From Oscillospiraceae bacterium (GTDB taxonomy: Bacteria; Bacillota; Clostridia; Oscillospirales; Oscillospiraceae), in contig CACXAQ010000007.1 in NCBI GenBank assembly GCA_902765595.1, positions 6,373 through 70,372 of the forward strand: 64,000 nt of DNA. The letters are read 5' to 3'. The notes under the pieces were generated by a model. The model saw only the letters and a list, made by a program, of their open reading frames with translations. It was not told the DNA's origin and did not search any database. Made by a program: the position numbers and the translations under genes. Within the stretch, counting starts at the first letter, position 1; every line of letters starts with the position of its first letter. This document shows positions 62,354-64,000 of this stretch, piece by piece.

Positions 62354-62387
62354 AAAGAGGGGCTCGCAAAAGCGAGTCCCTCTTTTT
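62354..62387 (+). terminator. intrinsic terminator
   Basis: AAAGAGGGGCTCGC-aaaa-GCGAGTCCCTCTTT followed by TT. Confidence 0.8.
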
Positions 62388-62660
62388 GAGCGCCCATTGA
62401 ATAACACCGGTAGGCTTCATTCGTTTTTGATAATGTGTTTCACCGTGAAACAAAAATGTTTAATTAATATTATTACTAATATATTGAATTGCAGTGCTTG
62501 TTGTGTTATTGTTTTGTTAAGTAGACATAAATGGAGAGAAAATAACGGAAGAAGCATTCAACGAAGCGAAAAAGCTGGGGAAATTGTATCACCCTAGACG
62601 ACTACGTTCGCGACAAGTCTTCTTTGGAAACTGAAGAGAGCGCACAACGTCTTTATTAGC

Positions 62661-63149
62661 TTGGGGAGTTGTTTTGTGATTTATTGCAAAGAATGTCCCG
62701 CGTGCAGCGAAAGGGGAAAACGGGGATTATTGAAACCCTTGTATCCGCCATTCCAGCCTCACCCAATTGTTAAGCTGGCGGCCATACACTGCACGAACTG
62801 CGGCAGATATTACATAGCAGACAAAAGGATCCACAGCATCCGCGTGGTGGCCTTCCTGGGCGAGTATTTTCTCCTTTTTGCTGTAGCATTCATCTCGGTC
62901 GTTTTTCCTGCAATTGACTTTCTCACCATGGGATTTGCCTGGACCATTACGAGTTGGATCTTTATGATTCTTGCAGTATTTCTAGACTTTGAGGTGTGTA
63001 TCCGCTTCAAATGGAAGGAAGCTTCAGAGTTGGACGCCAAGGTCCAAGAAAACCGGGGAATCAATACATGGGGCCCCGTGGTTTTTGTGATTGTGGTATC
63101 AAATGTTATTCCGCTTATCATAAGCGCATTTTTAGATCTGCTTTTCTAA
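62661..63149 (+). CDS. hypothetical membrane protein with N-terminal CxxC...CxxC zinc-ribbon-like motif
   Basis: 162-aa ORF (TTG start; GTG 62676 is better spaced from GGGGAG). CKECPACS...CTNCGRYY is followed by 4 TM segments. The DNA is low in G+C. Confidence 0.5.
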   Translation: MGSCFVIYCKECPACSERGKRGLLKPLYPPFQPHPIVKLAAIHCTNCGRYYIADKRIHSIRVVAFLGEYFLLFAVAFISVVFPAIDFLTMGFAWTITSWIFMILAVFLDFEVCIRFKWKEASELDAKVQENRGINTWGPVVFVIVVSNVIPLIISAFLDLLF

Positions 63150-63260
63150 AATGGACAGATTAACTATGGGACGGTAGGGCAGGAGACGGTCAATGCGAAA
63201 AAAGAAGGGATACACCCCCGAAAAAGGCCGCAAAAACCACGCCCTGAGAGCGCTCATCCC

Positions 63261-63330
63261 CTCGTAGGGGCGAGCCTTGCGCTCGCCCGCGGCTCCATTG
63301 CCTCCTCGTAGGGGCGGCTATCAGCCGCCC
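63261..63330. repeat. two REP-like units (CTCGTAGGGGCG... family)
   Basis: CTCGTAGGGGCGAGCCTTGCGCTCGCCCG and CTCGTAGGGGCGGCTATCAGCCGCCC. Confidence 0.75.
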
Positions 63331-63469
63331 GAAGACAAGGGGCTGTTCTCTTGCCCTGCAGCAGCGCCACCACATACGTCTACGACGCGCTCAACAGCCT
63401 CCGATCCGGGCGATTTTTCGCCCGGATCGGGTCCCAATTACCCGGTCAAAAGCGCCCTCAAAAAGTGCC

Positions 63470-64000
63470 CATTTTCGGCCACTTGGCGACTGCGCTGCCC
63501 AAGAGTTGGGATTGTATTACCTGCACAGCCGCTACTACGATCCAGAGGTTTGTCGGTTCATCAACGCGGACAAGTTCGCTTCCACCGGCCAGGGCATTAT
63601 TGGGCACAATATGTATGCGTATTGCGGGAATAATCCGGCGAATGGAATAGATTTGTGTGGATGTTGGGTAATTGGAATATTTGGAGCATCTTACAACTGC
63701 GGTGCTGGCGTTGGGGGCAGTACAGGAACGATTGTGCTTATCGACGGTGATGGCAACAGTGCAGTTATCTATACTGGCTTCTACGGTGGCTCGACGCCCA
63801 ACATAGGAGTGTCGGTTGATGCTTTCCTTTGGTCGGGCGCGGATAATATCTTTGAGTACCTTATGGCGGAATCTATAACATTTGGTGGCTCAGCTTCAAT
63901 TGTCTCTCTTGACGGACACATCGGGATTGATTCAAATGGCAATCAGTTTGGAGGGTTTAATCTTTCTTTTGGCCTGAGTGCACTACCAGCAGATTTGAAA
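63470..64000 (+). CDS. RHS repeat-associated core C-terminal end plus variable C-terminal (toxin-like) region; 5'-degraded and 3'-partial (runs off the window)
   Basis: Open frame absent from the ORF track because it has no stop in the window. ...ELGLYYLHSRYYDPEVCRFINADKFASTGQGIIGHNMYAYCGNNPANGIDLCG is followed by a Gly-rich region (CWVIGIFGASYNCGAGVGGSTG...). An upstream YVYDALNSL repeat sits in another frame, so the gene is frameshifted or degraded. Confidence 0.6.

Overview
This is a 64-kb chromosomal window from a high-G+C genome, roughly low/mid-60s % in the lines I sampled. It looks like a spore-forming Clostridia genome (SpoIIE, AddAB, QueT/QueH, REP-like hairpin arrays); an Oscillospiraceae/Ruminococcaceae-like origin is only an inference from protein flavour. 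Most of the window is housekeeping, in this order: a pair of half-size chromate transporters; a complete citrate-lyase cluster (citD-citE-citF, CitMHS transporter, citC, fused citXG, HAD hydrolase); PTS EIIBCA-ptsH-ptsI; a YfcE-type phosphoesterase; a lipase; a lipid acyltransferase and PAP2 phosphatase; galU; queH-queT; dCMP deaminase; a NUDIX/C-N hydrolase/DUF1643 operon; an AEC transporter; mgtE; spoIIE; rpmE; addAB; an aminotransferase; rpmH-rnpA-yidD-yidC-jag; an orphan ACP; a large repeat-rich surface protein; a Gate-domain membrane protein; an aldose epimerase; gdhA; DUF1292; PBP1A; and a 5xSH3b-NlpC/P60 hydrolase. I found no rRNA, tRNA or CRISPR array. The irregular or accessory parts are: (1) a decayed mobile-element junction at 13.6-14.9 kb, where an IS1182-family transposase fragment abuts a tyrosine-recombinase fragment that abuts a 5'-truncated SIR2-family gene; (2) a low-GC orphan gene next to a secreted lipase, bracketed by repeat elements; (3) two copies of a hairpin-rich MITE-like element, each flanked by a 27-30-bp duplication of a whole terminator hairpin; (4) a ~200-nt structured RNA candidate with its own promoter and terminator (6S-like); (5) a DEDDh exonuclease / DUF5131 (radical-SAM-like Cys motif) / GNAT operon; (6) a lower-GC island from ~60.25 kb to the window end holding BlaI/BlaR1-like genes, small secreted and membrane proteins, REP units and a degraded Rhs C-terminal toxin cassette. 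I did not find a clearly complete novel multi-gene system. The candidates above are flagged with explicit uncertainty, and all family assignments come from motif recognition by eye with no database search.
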